A DNA stretch of 62,441 nt from Eubacteriales bacterium (GCA_045538685.1 JAZSRX010000006.1:1-62441), one strand, 5' to 3'; positions 28,772 through 39,210 are shown, counted from the stretch's first letter. Made by a program: numbers and translations. Notes: generated by a model not told the origin, from the sequence alone.

Positions 28772-29497
28772 TTACTTCGTTATGGGTTTTGGCACAAATT
28801 TAAGATAATCTGCTGAAATAATGTGCATCTCAATTCCTTCGTAATTGAAGTGCGGATCTACCGTATAATTGCCGTGAATATGTCCAAAATACACGCGTTT
28901 GATATTATATTCTTTTAACAAAGCGATCAGCCCGTCGGATGCCTTTCCGTTCCAGAATGGAGGGAAGTGCATAAACACGATTATTTCTTTTCCCGACTCA
29001 TTCTGCATTTTTTTCGCTTCTGCAAGACTTGCCTTTAAACGCAGGTTTTCTCGGTTAGACAGCTTTTCAAAATCAGCATTGTCGGGTGCATTGACCGCAT
29101 CCTCGTCATTATACCAACCTCTTGTGCCGGCAATAATGTAATCCTCAACCTCGTGAGCATTGTTAAACAAAAAAGAAATGCTTTTTATATCGTGCTTGTC
29201 AAAAAATGCCTGATGCTTTCGCATAGTGCTCCACCAAAAATCGTGGTTTCCTTTGCCAATGATTTTTTTGCCGGGAAGCGAGTCGAGATATTTAAAATCG
29301 CTCTCAGCTTCTTCCAAAGACAAAGCCCAGGAAACGTCGCCGGGAATAATAACCGTATCGTTATCATTTATCAGATGACGCCAGTTTTTTTCAATTCTCA
29401 ACATATAATCTGCCCAGCTTTTTCCAAAGACTTCCATAGATTTGTTAGTCTTATCAAATGTTGAAAGATGCAGATCTGCTATTGTGTACAGCGACAT
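28772..29497 (-). CDS. Calcineurin-like metallophosphoesterase
   Basis: ADLHL, GDVSW, GNHD, MHFPP and GHIHG motifs; start MSLYTI after an AAGGA RBS. Confidence 0.9.
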   Translation of the reverse strand: MSLYTIADLHLSTFDKTNKSMEVFGKSWADYMLRIEKNWRHLINDNDTVIIPGDVSWALSLEEAESDFKYLDSLPGKKIIGKGNHDFWWSTMRKHQAFFDKHDIKSISFLFNNAHEVEDYIIAGTRGWYNDEDAVNAPDNADFEKLSNRENLRLKASLAEAKKMQNESGKEIIVFMHFPPFWNGKASDGLIALLKEYNIKRVYFGHIHGNYTVDPHFNYEGIEMHIISADYLKFVPKPITK

Positions 29498-29607
29498 TTT
29501 TTGTTCCTTTCCGACCGTTGCGGTGCGTATTTTTTGTATATATTCTGATTTTTTGTCAATAATAATCTTGCCGAATAAGGCAAAACCAAAAGAAAGAGGA
29601 GATAAGA

Positions 29608-29805
29608 ATGGAAGACAAGAAGCTTTATAATGAATGTAAATGCGATGCCTCAAAGCATATAAAGGGCATCAAGTGTGATGTAAGAAACTGCGTTTATCAC
29701 GCAGATCAGAATGGCTGCTATGCCGGCTGTATCTCGGTAGGTCCCAGAGAGGCCGACTGTTCGGCACATACAAACTGTGCCACCTTTAAGCCACGCGAGT
29801 GTTGA
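29608..29805 (+). CDS. Small Cys-rich protein, DUF1540-like
   Basis: IKCDVRNCVYH...CYAGCISVG...TNCATF; GAGGAG RBS. Confidence 0.8.
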   Translation: MEDKKLYNECKCDASKHIKGIKCDVRNCVYHADQNGCYAGCISVGPREADCSAHTNCATFKPREC

Positions 29806-31290
29806 TTATTTCGCAGCGAATTCAAGTACTGATTCTGCCATTTTATCCTTATGGATAACCCCTGTGTGAACAGGTTCTTTCGAGAGAACACTTTTAAGGG
29901 GCGAGGGAATTTCCACTTTGCACATTTCATAAAGTGCATCGGGTGCAAGAAGATCATCATCCGGCTTACTTCCGGTAAGCGATAGAAGAACATCGCCTGC
30001 AAATTTGTAGGCAGACGCGGTAGAAACTATCAGCATTGCCGATTTCGCCTTGTGGTCGCTCATATATCTTTCTGCCGCAGAAACGGCAACTGCTGTATGG
30101 GTGTCAATAAGGCGATTTTCTTTTTCAAAGGTTCTTCTGATTGTTGTCTTGCAATCATCCTCGTCTGTATAATAGCCAATAAAGCTTTCCTGAAGCTTCT
30201 TAAGCTCGGTTTCGGAAAGAGCATATTTTCCGCCCGAAGCAAGCTCATTCATAAGCTCCTTGCATCTCTCACTGCCAAAGAGCAGGTAAATGAGACGTTC
30301 AAGATTAGACGAGATAAGTATATCCATAGAAGGAGAAATTGTTGCATAGAATTCGCGGTTTCTGTCATATACACCGCTGTTTATAAAGTCGGTGAGTATA
30401 TTGTTTTTGTTTGAAGCACAAACAAGCTTGTCAACGGGTAGTCCCATCTGTTTTGCAATATAGCAGGCAAAAATGTTGCCGAAATTGCCTGTGGGAACGC
30501 AAACGTCTATTTTTTCTCCAAGAGAAATCATACCGCCTTTATACATATCGCAGTATGCGGAAATATAATAAACAATCTGGGGAACAAGTCTGCCCCAGTT
30601 AATAGAGTTTGCACTGGAAAGGAACACACCATTTTCGTTAAGCTTATCTGCAAAATCCTTGTCCGAAAAAATTTTCTTTACACCGTTTTGTGCATCGTCA
30701 AAATTGCCGTCAATGCCAACAACAGAAAGGTTGTTTCCGTCCTGTGCCTGCATCTGAAGCTTTTGCACACTGCTCACACCGTCTGTGGGGTAGAATACCT
30801 TTATTTTTGTTCCGGGAACGTCCTTGTATCCTTCGAGGGCGGCTTTGCCTGTGTCACCCGAAGTTGCAACAAGAATAAGTGCCTCGCGATTTTCGTCGCA
30901 TTTTCTCAGTGCACGGGTAAACAGACGGGGCATAATCTGAAGTGCCATATCCTTGAAAGCACAGGTAGGTCCGGGCCAAAGCTCAAGCATATATTTGTTT
31001 TTTCCAAGAGGTGTTACGGGAGCCGCGGAGGGAATAAACTTTTCATTTGAATATGCCGCCTCTGCGTCAGTCAAAAGCTCCTCGTAGCTGTAATCCGACA
31101 GGAACAGCGAAAGAACCTTTGCCGCTCTTTCAGGATAGGACAGGGCAGAAAGCTCCTTCAAATAATCCTCGCGGATACAAGGAATGTTTTCGGGCATGAA
31201 AAGTCCGCCGTCAGACGCAAGTCCGGTTTTGATTGCGTATGCTGATGTTCCGTTCTCGGGGCGAGTACCTCTTGTGCTTATGTATTTCAT
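29806..31290 (-). CDS. thrC: Threonine synthase
   Basis: YISTRG, GPTCAFKD, ATSGDTG, SANSINWGR, VPTGNFGN and SPSMDI motifs. Confidence 0.96.
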   Translation of the reverse strand: MKYISTRGTRPENGTSAYAIKTGLASDGGLFMPENIPCIREDYLKELSALSYPERAAKVLSLFLSDYSYEELLTDAEAAYSNEKFIPSAAPVTPLGKNKYMLELWPGPTCAFKDMALQIMPRLFTRALRKCDENREALILVATSGDTGKAALEGYKDVPGTKIKVFYPTDGVSSVQKLQMQAQDGNNLSVVGIDGNFDDAQNGVKKIFSDKDFADKLNENGVFLSSANSINWGRLVPQIVYYISAYCDMYKGGMISLGEKIDVCVPTGNFGNIFACYIAKQMGLPVDKLVCASNKNNILTDFINSGVYDRNREFYATISPSMDILISSNLERLIYLLFGSERCKELMNELASGGKYALSETELKKLQESFIGYYTDEDDCKTTIRRTFEKENRLIDTHTAVAVSAAERYMSDHKAKSAMLIVSTASAYKFAGDVLLSLTGSKPDDDLLAPDALYEMCKVEIPSPLKSVLSKEPVHTGVIHKDKMAESVLEFAAK

Positions 31291-31748
31291 AGATTAGATC
31301 CTTCTTTTTGTCGTTTATAAGCATATTTTAAATCAAATGCGGTGTTCAGGTCGAATGCAGATTCAATATGCTTTATTTCCTTAACCTTTACACCCTTTTT
31401 TGCATCATCTTCAACATAAACCTCTATAACATCAAGCCGCAGTCTTGTTTTGGGCTTGCATCGGTTTATATAATGGTTTGCCACCTTGATTATTTTTCTC
31501 TGCTTTTCGGGTGTAACTGCGGACGCAGGTCTGTCCTGCTTTGTTCCAAGCCATTTTACATTTCTTGTTTTTACTTCAATAAATGCAGTGACATTTTTAT
31601 TCGAAGCAATAATATCTATTTCGGCATTTTGGGAAATATAATTTTTTTTAAGTATTTTATATCCATTTTTGCGTAAATACTTTACCGCTTCTTTTTCACC
31701 AAGATTACCGATTTTTCTTTTTTCGGTAAGAATACTTAAAATCTTCAT
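31287..31748 (-). CDS. YraN (UPF0102) family endonuclease-like protein
   Basis: GEKEAVKYL, EIDIIA and FIEVKTR motifs. Confidence 0.9.
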   Translation of the reverse strand: MKILSILTEKRKIGNLGEKEAVKYLRKNGYKILKKNYISQNAEIDIIASNKNVTAFIEVKTRNVKWLGTKQDRPASAVTPEKQRKIIKVANHYINRCKPKTRLRLDVIEVYVEDDAKKGVKVKEIKHIESAFDLNTAFDLKYAYKRQKEGSNL

Positions 31749-32347
31749 TATTTGTCAAGAAACTTTAAAAAGCTCATTCTGTAAATTGGGGCAGGGCCGT
31801 ATTTTCTTACTGCATCCATATGATCCTTCGTGGGATAACCCTTGTGCTTAGCAATGCCATACCGGGGATATTCTTTATCAAGCTCCAGACACTGTCTGTC
31901 TCTGGTTACCTTGGCAAGAACAGACGCAGCTGCGATAGAATAACTCTTGGCATCACCCTTTACAACCGTTTCGGTGGGAATTTCAAACCCACGGGAGCAG
32001 TTTCCGTCAATCAGGGCAAAATCCGCCTTTACAGGAAGAGCTTCAACAGCACGCCTCATTGCAAGCATAGATGCATTTAATATATTTATTTCATCAATTT
32101 CTTCGGGAGTTGCCTCAGCAATTGCATATGCAACCGCCTTTTCTTTTATTACATCAAAAAGTGCTTCGCGTTTTTTCTCGGTCAGCTTTTTTGAATCATT
32201 AAGTCCCTCTATTTCAAGGCCTATTGGAAGAATTACCGCCGCAGCAACAACAGGACCGCACAGTGGGCCTCGTCCTGCCTCATCAAGTCCGCAAACTGCG
32301 GTATAACCTTCTCTGTAATGCTTTTCCTCATATTCAAAGGTAGGCAT
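31748..32347 (-). CDS. rnhB: Ribonuclease HII
   Basis: GLDEAGRGPL, DSKKL, KGDA..SIAAASVLAKVTRD and HKGYPT motifs. Confidence 0.97.
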   Translation of the reverse strand: MPTFEYEEKHYREGYTAVCGLDEAGRGPLCGPVVAAAVILPIGLEIEGLNDSKKLTEKKREALFDVIKEKAVAYAIAEATPEEIDEINILNASMLAMRRAVEALPVKADFALIDGNCSRGFEIPTETVVKGDAKSYSIAAASVLAKVTRDRQCLELDKEYPRYGIAKHKGYPTKDHMDAVRKYGPAPIYRMSFLKFLDK

Positions 32348-32374
32348 TTGTTTTCTCCAATCTGTAAGCTAAAA

Positions 32375-33244
32375 TTATCTGTCCTCGGGCTTTTCGAGAG
32401 AAATTCTTCCGATTTTTCCACCGCGGAATTCATCAAGAAGCACATCGGCACATCTCTTGTGATTTATCTCTCCGCCGCTGATAAGAAAGCCTCTTTTTCT
32501 TCCCACAAGCTCAAACAGGTCATAGGAATCAAGCCCATCGGTTTCTTCCTGTGTCAGCTTGTATCTTGCCATAAAGCTGTCGGGAGCAACCGTCATAAGT
32601 CGGGAGCAGAGAATCATTGCGATTTCTTCGGTATCGAGAATCTGATCTCTGATAGCACCTGTCATAGCAAGGTTTTCGCCAACCGTCTGATCCTCAAACT
32701 TGGGCCACAAAACACCGGGCATATCAAGAAGATCAAATCCGATTTTCGTAGGAACCCACTGTTTGTCAATAGTAACACCGGGTCGATCCTCAACCCTCGC
32801 CTTTTTATTTCCTGCAATTCGGTTAATAAGCGAGGATTTACCTACGTTGGGAATACCGACGATCATTGCCTTCAGCTTTCTTCCGTCCATTCCTTTAAGA
32901 TGGTATCTTTCAAGCTTTTCTGACATAATTTCTCTTACTGCATCGGCAAGGGTGTCAATTCCCACACCTGTAGTAGAGTCAATAACAACCACTCTCTGAC
33001 CGCGTTTTGCATATTCTTCAACCCAAAGCTTTGTTACAGCAGGGTCTGCAAGAGTGGATTTTGTAAACACAGTAAGCTTTGGCTTACCGTTTATTAAACT
33101 ATCTATTTCGGGATTTTTTGAGCTATAGGGAATTCTTGCATCCAAAAGCTCTATGATTATGTCCACCTCGGACAGGCACTCACGCATAATGCGTTTGGTT
33201 TTGGCCATATGTCCGGGGAACCACTGAATAGGATTAGTTGCCAT
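32375..33244 (-). CDS. rbgA: Ribosome biogenesis GTPase
   Basis: IQWFPGHMAK, DARIP, GIPNVGKSS and DMPGVLWPKF motifs (YlqF). Confidence 0.96.
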   Translation of the reverse strand: MATNPIQWFPGHMAKTKRIMRECLSEVDIIIELLDARIPYSSKNPEIDSLINGKPKLTVFTKSTLADPAVTKLWVEEYAKRGQRVVVIDSTTGVGIDTLADAVREIMSEKLERYHLKGMDGRKLKAMIVGIPNVGKSSLINRIAGNKKARVEDRPGVTIDKQWVPTKIGFDLLDMPGVLWPKFEDQTVGENLAMTGAIRDQILDTEEIAMILCSRLMTVAPDSFMARYKLTQEETDGLDSYDLFELVGRKRGFLISGGEINHKRCADVLLDEFRGGKIGRISLEKPEDR

Positions 33245-33254
33245 ATTTATTCCT

Positions 33255-34391
33255 TTAATTTACCGATCCGAATTTATCAAACGGAAGGAACCTGAACAAA
33301 ACCTTGCCGAGAATGGCATCGGTCTTTATCGGTCCAACCGAAGAGCTGCGTGAGTCAAGCGAGTGATAACGGTTATCGCCCATAACAAAGACTTCGCCTT
33401 CTTCGATGATAATGGGCTTGTTGAAGTTTGAAACATCTATGTTTATGTCGCGAGTATTAAGAGTATAGTCCTCATTTACAAGCTCGTTGTTTACGTAAAC
33501 AACAACCTCGCCGACCTCGTTCATTCTTACTTCAACGGTATCACCGGAGACAGCAATAACTCTTTTAACAACCGCCTTTTTAAGTACGGTAGAGTAGTCT
33601 TCAAACACGATAATGTCACCACGTTTGGGAGTATAGAACAAATCCGAGATAATAAGATGATCTCCTTCTTCAAGAGTATTCTTCATAGAGTTGCCCTCTA
33701 CAATCGAATGCTTGAAAACAAAGGTTGTAAGTATCATAACTATTGCAAGCACAAAAGCAAACATTTCCGCAATGTCAAACACCCAGTCAATTGCTCTGGG
33801 TTTTTCGGGGTCATATTTTCTCATAGGTTCTTCTTCCTCTTCGTCTTCAATATCAATATTTGACTGTTCACCTTCAAAGTTTATGGATATCTGGAAATTG
33901 TCACTTTTTTCCTCCTCTCTGTCACCGAGATCGAAGTTGGGAATAACAACCTCCTCGACAGTTTCCTCTGTAAGAGGATCGTCGTCTCCGTCATTAAGAT
34001 CGGCATAAACTTCGGGTTCAAGAGTGATTTCCTTGCTCCAGCCATCTTTATCTTGTAATTTCTTTTTTGTGTTCTTTATAATTTGTTTTTTTTGTTGCTT
34101 TTTGGGCAGGGAAATGAGAAATTCGCTCTCGTCTTCTTCCTCTTCTTCATCTTCAGAATCGAAAACAACCGGCTTTGCGTTTTTAGCTTCCGCGGCTTTG
34201 GAAAGATTTTTGGCTATAAGATCGCGGTATTCAGACATAAATTCATCAAACTGAATATCCTCATCCTCGTAATATTTCTCCGAATCGTCTGCATCGAGAA
34301 GAAGAGCATCAAGTTTACTGAGACCGCTATCCTTTTCTTCAATATTATTCTCGGTTTCCTCGGTGGAACGTTTGTTTTTCCTGTCTTCCAT
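33255..34391 (-). CDS. lepB: Signal peptidase I with long acidic N-terminal extension
   Basis: TM helix then VEGNSM, RGDIIVF, VKRVI and MGDNRYHSLDSR; about 200-aa D/E-rich N-terminus; the start may be the GTG at 34400. Confidence 0.9.
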   Translation of the reverse strand: MEDRKNKRSTEETENNIEEKDSGLSKLDALLLDADDSEKYYEDEDIQFDEFMSEYRDLIAKNLSKAAEAKNAKPVVFDSEDEEEEEDESEFLISLPKKQQKKQIIKNTKKKLQDKDGWSKEITLEPEVYADLNDGDDDPLTEETVEEVVIPNFDLGDREEEKSDNFQISINFEGEQSNIDIEDEEEEEPMRKYDPEKPRAIDWVFDIAEMFAFVLAIVMILTTFVFKHSIVEGNSMKNTLEEGDHLIISDLFYTPKRGDIIVFEDYSTVLKKAVVKRVIAVSGDTVEVRMNEVGEVVVYVNNELVNEDYTLNTRDINIDVSNFNKPIIIEEGEVFVMGDNRYHSLDSRSSSVGPIKTDAILGKVLFRFLPFDKFGSVN

Positions 34392-34535
34392 CTGAAGCAC
34401 CGCCTTTCAAAAAATTATAATTAATAATATATTTTACCATATTAAGTATAAAATTACAATATATTTTTGAAATATTTTTAATAAAACACAGCAGAATTGC
34501 CGAAATAGTTTGATTTATGGCAATTCTGCTGCGTT

Positions 34536-35399
34536 TTATGAATTAAGAATTTTGTACAGCTCTGATTTTGTCATTCCTCTATCTTTTGCTGCACGTTTTA
34601 TTGCATCCATTCTGGCCAAGCCATCTTTTTCGTACATACTTACGTGTTCTTCGGGTGAAAGAGAATTTTTTTCTTTTGTCTCCTCTGAAATTATCTCTCC
34701 CTGAAATCCTTCAACTACTAAAACATACTCTCCGCGTGGCTCATTTGTTTCATAATATACCAAAGCTTCACCAAAGGTGGTACGTCTTATTTCTTCATTT
34801 AGCTTGGTTAATTCGCGGCAGAATGATATTTTCCTATCTAAACCAAATGCTTCTGCCATATCCAAAAGAGTGGATTTTAGCTTATGAGGTGCTTCGTAAA
34901 AAATCAATGTTCGGTCTTCATATTTTACCTTCTCAAGCTGCTTTTTTCTCTCGCTTTTATTTGCTGAAAGGAAGCCCTCAAAAGCAAATCTTCGAGTGGC
35001 AAGTCCTGAGACAGAAAGGGCAGAAACGGCAGCACAGGCACCGGGTATTACCGAAACGGTAATGCCTGTATCTGCACAAAGCTTAACAATATCCTCTCCC
35101 GGATCGCTTATGGCAGGCATACCTGCGTCTGTAATCAGGGCACAGGATTCGCCCGAAAGAAGTCTTGCAACAATCCGTTCTCCGCTTACCTTTTTATTGT
35201 GTTCGTGATAACTGACCAGATCTTTCTTAATTCCAAGAGCGGTAAGCAATCTTACCGAATTTCTTGTGTCTTCGGCTGCTATGAAATCAACCTCGCTGAG
35301 CACTTTAATTGCTCTCTCGCTTATATCTGCAAGATTACCTATCGGTGTTGCCACAAGGTAAAGGGTGGATTCTATAATTTTGTTTTTTTCGTTACTCAT
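34536..35399 (-). CDS. rsmI: 16S rRNA (cytidine1402-2'-O)-methyltransferase
   Basis: LYLVATPIGNL, AAEDTR, DAGMPAISDPG, RELTK and PRGEYV motifs. Confidence 0.96.
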   Translation of the reverse strand: MSNEKNKIIESTLYLVATPIGNLADISERAIKVLSEVDFIAAEDTRNSVRLLTALGIKKDLVSYHEHNKKVSGERIVARLLSGESCALITDAGMPAISDPGEDIVKLCADTGITVSVIPGACAAVSALSVSGLATRRFAFEGFLSANKSERKKQLEKVKYEDRTLIFYEAPHKLKSTLLDMAEAFGLDRKISFCRELTKLNEEIRRTTFGEALVYYETNEPRGEYVLVVEGFQGEIISEETKEKNSLSPEEHVSMYEKDGLARMDAIKRAAKDRGMTKSELYKILNS

Positions 35400-36133
35400 T
35401 ATCTTTTAAAATCGGAAGGGAAGCTTCCGTTCTCCATAATATAATTCATATCGGAACTGTATTCTTTGTGTTCCTTGTCGGAATAGATAATCAAAGGTCT
35501 TGTTACCGTAAGGCCTGACTTTCCGCCCGCCTTTCCTTCTACAATTGCCATAGACGGCTCTGAATAAGTATCTGCGTGAACAAAGGTAATTCGCTTTGGC
35601 TCTATTTTACTTTTTCTCATAGCATCTACAAGGTCAATAAGTCTATCCTGACGGTAAACTGCCGAAAAACAACCGCCGAATTTTAATATTTTTCTTGCCT
35701 GATTGCAAAAATCATATATATCACCGCACACCTCGTGACGTGCGATATTTTTCTTTTCCAAGATGTTTTTCTTGCCTGAATCGGTCTTCATATATGGCGG
35801 GTTCGTGTAGACTATATCAAACTCCTCTTCTGGATTGTATTCTCTTATATCGCTATGCACAGCTTCAAGCTTTTCCGATAGACCGTTAAGCTCGGCATTT
35901 CGTCTTGTGAGAGAGGTATATTCCTCCTGCACCTCAATAGCAACACAAGAGCTGACTTTTTCTCTTGTCAGTAAAAGCAGGGAAATAATACCGCTTCCGC
36001 TTCCGAACTCGCAACCGCGTTTATACTTTCCGTTTATATATCCTGCCAAAAGCAGGGCATCCGTACCGAAGGTAAGACCGTCTGTTTCTTGAATAAGGCA
36101 AAGATTGTCATTTACAAAATCGCGTCTTTCCAT
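35399..36133 (-). CDS. tRNA1(Val) A37 N6-methyltransferase-like (YabB/YfiC family)
   Basis: FGTDALLLA, EFGSGSG, NPPY and ARHE motifs. Confidence 0.88.
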   Translation of the reverse strand: MERRDFVNDNLCLIQETDGLTFGTDALLLAGYINGKYKRGCEFGSGSGIISLLLLTREKVSSCVAIEVQEEYTSLTRRNAELNGLSEKLEAVHSDIREYNPEEEFDIVYTNPPYMKTDSGKKNILEKKNIARHEVCGDIYDFCNQARKILKFGGCFSAVYRQDRLIDLVDAMRKSKIEPKRITFVHADTYSEPSMAIVEGKAGGKSGLTVTRPLIIYSDKEHKEYSSDMNYIMENGSFPSDFKR

Positions 36134-36161
36134 ACTAAAAAAATCCTCGTTGTTTTTACAG

Positions 36162-36193
36162 AAAAAAAGCGGAGAATGATCCCCGCTTTTTTT
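36162..36193 (-). terminator. Intrinsic terminator after ferredoxin
   Basis: AAAAAAAGCGG / CCGCTTTTTTT. Confidence 0.75.
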
Positions 36194-36220
36194 GTTTCCC
36201 GTACGGGAAATAAGTACCAA

Positions 36221-36391
36221 TTATTCCTCTGCAGGAGCGCCTACGGGACAAGCATCAGCACAAGAACCGCAGCTAATGCACTCGTCAGCATTGATAACGT
36301 ACTTGCCGTCGCCCTCGGAAATACAACCTGTAGGACAAGCATCGGTGCATGCGCCACAGCTGATGCACTCATCGGAAATTTTGTATGCCAT
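36221..36391 (-). CDS. 2[4Fe-4S] clostridial-type ferredoxin
   Basis: Two CxxCxxCxxxCP motifs; MAYKI start after a GGAGG RBS. Confidence 0.96.
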   Translation of the reverse strand: MAYKISDECISCGACTDACPTGCISEGDGKYVINADECISCGSCADACPVGAPAEE

Positions 36392-36496
36392 TTGAATAAC
36401 CTCCATTTTTGTTGTCACATATATTCTATCACATCTGTGAAAAAAATCAAGTATATTTCATAAAAAAACATAAAAAAATCGAAAATTTAAAATAAA

Positions 36497-37411
36497 TCAT
36501 TCCTGAATTATATCGTCTTCGTCCTTTTCCTTGTTTGCTTGTCTGCCGGGACGGGATAAAACCTTAACATCAGAACACTTATAAATCTTTGGTGTATCTT
36601 TTTCGTTGTCGTTAAGCTTTACCTTAATTTCTCTTGCAAGGGGCTTAGTTTCAATAACCACACCATCGCCGTCGGGAGTTTTTACTACCGAGCTAATGGG
36701 AGGAGTTTGCTTGATTGCTTCTTCATATGTTTCGTGCTCATAACGAAGACAGCACATAAGTCTGCCGCAGGCACCCGAAACCTTAGATGAGTTGAGGGAG
36801 AAGTTCTGTTCCTTTGCCATTTTAATAGAAACTTGAACAAAATCCGAGAGGAAGTTTGCACAGCAAAGCTTTCTGCCGCAAACACCTATACCGCCAAGCA
36901 TCTTTGCTTCGTCGCGGATACCGATCTGTCTGAGTTCAATTCTTGTTCTGAATGTAGATGCCAGATCGCGTACAAGCTCTCTGAAGTCAACTCTTGATTC
37001 GCAGGTGAAGTAGAAGATAAGCTTGGAGTTATCAAAGGTATATTCCGCACCAACAAGCTTCATACCGAGCCCGTGTTCCTCAACCTTTTTTTCGCATATT
37101 TCCAATGCCTCTGCCTCTGCCGCACGGTTTTTCTCATAGTGCTGAATATCCTGCGGTGTAGCCACTCTTGTAACCGGCTTAAGCGGGCTTACAATATCGC
37201 CCGAACTTATGGTTTTGTTAGCTACTTTTACAGTTCCCATCTCAATACCGCGAGATGTTTCCACAATAACCTTTTCTCCTACCGAGAATTTCTCTTCACC
37301 GGGGGAGAAATAATATATTTTTCCTGCCTCGCGGAAGTTTATTCCTACGATATCTACCGTCTCGGACAGTTCAGCTTCGTTTTCAATAATATTCTTTATT
37401 TCTTCGGACAT
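36497..37411 (-). CDS. yaaT: PSP1-domain stage 0 sporulation protein (YaaT/RicT)
   Basis: RVDFRELV, RIELRQIG.RDE, CGRKLCC and CGRLMCCL motifs. Confidence 0.93.
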   Translation of the reverse strand: MSEEIKNIIENEAELSETVDIVGINFREAGKIYYFSPGEEKFSVGEKVIVETSRGIEMGTVKVANKTISSGDIVSPLKPVTRVATPQDIQHYEKNRAAEAEALEICEKKVEEHGLGMKLVGAEYTFDNSKLIFYFTCESRVDFRELVRDLASTFRTRIELRQIGIRDEAKMLGGIGVCGRKLCCANFLSDFVQVSIKMAKEQNFSLNSSKVSGACGRLMCCLRYEHETYEEAIKQTPPISSVVKTPDGDGVVIETKPLAREIKVKLNDNEKDTPKIYKCSDVKVLSRPGRQANKEKDEDDIIQE

Positions 37412-37427
37412 ATTTTTTTCCTTTATA

Positions 37428-38471
37428 TTAGTTATTCGCGGCCAGTCTGATTTTAGAACACAGACTTGCCATAAGGTTTGATAAATTTGCGTTTCTTGAG
37501 CAAAGCTCGTGAGCATTATTTATAGCATCATAAAGAGCAATGAGTCTTTTTTGAGGAATATCTCCGCATAAGCTTATGGCATCCTTTGCAGAAGGGAAGA
37601 ATACAGTCTTTGCCCCTTCGTCATACTTAATGACAATGAGATCGCGGATAGCACTCATAAGTCTTTCAAATACCAGCATCAGCTCAGGCCTTTTTGCAGG
37701 AAGGTTTGACAGGGCGGAATATATTTCTGAATAAGATGCCTTTTGTCCCGCCGCACGTATCAAAGCCATAATTTCATCTCTTTCCTCTTCCGCTTCGGTA
37801 GAGAGGCGTTTGTTAATCAGCTTTTTTGCCAGGCCAAGCCGACCGTCAGCACTCATAATAAGTCCCATAAATCTTGAAGGATCGGAGGCCTTAATTAATC
37901 TTGCATCAACATTTTCGGACAAAATTTGTTCTGCCAAATCTTCATCGCCAAAACGAGTCATTGCAATATACTGTGCTCGGCTTTTTATTGTGGTTAGAAT
38001 TCTGTCGCATTCTTTGGCAAGAAGAATTATCATAACCGATTTTGGCGGCTCTTCAAGCACTTTGAGCAGTGCGTTCTGTGCCTCGGGAGTCATACATTCC
38101 GCATCATCAATGATGTAGATTTTATGCTCCGACTCTGTTGAAGAAAGGAACATATCCTCGCGAAAATCCTTTACAAGATCTACACCAAGGGTTGCCTTGT
38201 CCTTCTTTTTTTCAAGGATTTTTACATCAGGATAGTTTCCCTCATAAATTCTTTTGCAGTTTATACATTTTCCGCAGGGAAGTGTTCCGGCTGAATTATC
38301 GACATCTAAGCAGTTCATTGATGCTGCGATTTCCAGTGCGAGTGTAGACTTTCCGCTGCCGGAAGGACCGCCGATAAGAAAGGCGTGGGGAACGGTTCCT
38401 GCTTCGATTGCTCTGCCTATTCTTGCCTTGGTCTCATCATTTCCAAGCAACCGTGAAAAATATTCTCTCAC
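37428..38471 (-). CDS. holB: DNA polymerase III subunit delta'
   Basis: HAFLIGGPSGSGK, PCGKCINC, AQNALLKVLEEP and TIKSR; lies next to yaaT. Confidence 0.9.
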   Translation of the reverse strand: MREYFSRLLGNDETKARIGRAIEAGTVPHAFLIGGPSGSGKSTLALEIAASMNCLDVDNSAGTLPCGKCINCKRIYEGNYPDVKILEKKKDKATLGVDLVKDFREDMFLSSTESEHKIYIIDDAECMTPEAQNALLKVLEEPPKSVMIILLAKECDRILTTIKSRAQYIAMTRFGDEDLAEQILSENVDARLIKASDPSRFMGLIMSADGRLGLAKKLINKRLSTEAEEERDEIMALIRAAGQKASYSEIYSALSNLPAKRPELMLVFERLMSAIRDLIVIKYDEGAKTVFFPSAKDAISLCGDIPQKRLIALYDAINNAHELCSRNANLSNLMASLCSKIRLAANN

Positions 38472-38671
38472 AAAACCCCTCCTTACGCAAAAATTTCACC
38501 AATAATTATTTTAACATTTTAAATTAAAAAAGTCAATGGAAAGAATAAAAAAACAAAATTTAGAAAAAAAGTCAAAGCGAAACTGTCTCTTTTAACATAT
38601 TTCGGTTGACAATTTGTCTTCTTTTGTGTATAATATTCTTGTAAAAAACAAATTTTGAGAGGACAATCAAA

Positions 38672-38899
38672 ATGAAAGAAACAAAAATTAAACTCAGCAA
38701 TGTACAGGACATTAGAGAATTTGTAAATGTTGTTATCCTTGCAGATTACGACGTTGATCTTATTCAGGGCAGATATGTAATTGATGCAAAGTCAATTATG
38801 GGTATATTCTCTTTGGATCTTTTGTCTCCCATAAAGCTTGTTGCTCATACCGAAAATGCTGATATGCTTTTCGAAAAAATTGCAAAGTTTACAGTTTAA
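38672..38899 (+). CDS. HPr-family small protein
   Basis: RYVIDAKSIMGIFSL motif; lacks the His15 region. Confidence 0.85.
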   Translation: MKETKIKLSNVQDIREFVNVVILADYDVDLIQGRYVIDAKSIMGIFSLDLLSPIKLVAHTENADMLFEKIAKFTV

Positions 38900-38904
38900 T
38901 AGAA

Positions 38905-38950
38905 ATAAAAAAAGACCGATGCAGAGTATTTTGCATCGGTCTTTTTTTAT
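38905..38950. terminator. Bidirectional intrinsic terminator
   Basis: AAAAAAAGACCGATGCA / TGCATCGGTCTTTTTTT. Confidence 0.85.
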
Positions 38951-39210
38951 TTATTTTTCATATTTTTCTTGTTTTGGCTGACCTGCAATGCCTCAACAGC
39001 ACTGACGAAAAGGCAAAGCACAGAAGCCACCATTAAAACAATAGCACCAAGGGAAAGGGTAATGTTAAGTGTGGGATTCGTGATGGTAAAGCTTAACCTG
39101 AGTATTGTCACCACTGCCAAAACAATGGCAGAACTGAAAAGTTTTATAAGCGGAATTTTAAAGGATGTATAATATAAATTCAGATCAAAAAGCAATTTAA
39201 AGAAACCCAT
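38947..39210 (-). CDS. Small hypothetical membrane protein (2 TM)
   Basis: GGAG RBS; two hydrophobic segments and a basic tail. Confidence 0.6.
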   Translation of the reverse strand: MGFFKLLFDLNLYYTSFKIPLIKLFSSAIVLAVVTILRLSFTITNPTLNITLSLGAIVLMVASVLCLFVSAVEALQVSQNKKNMKNK

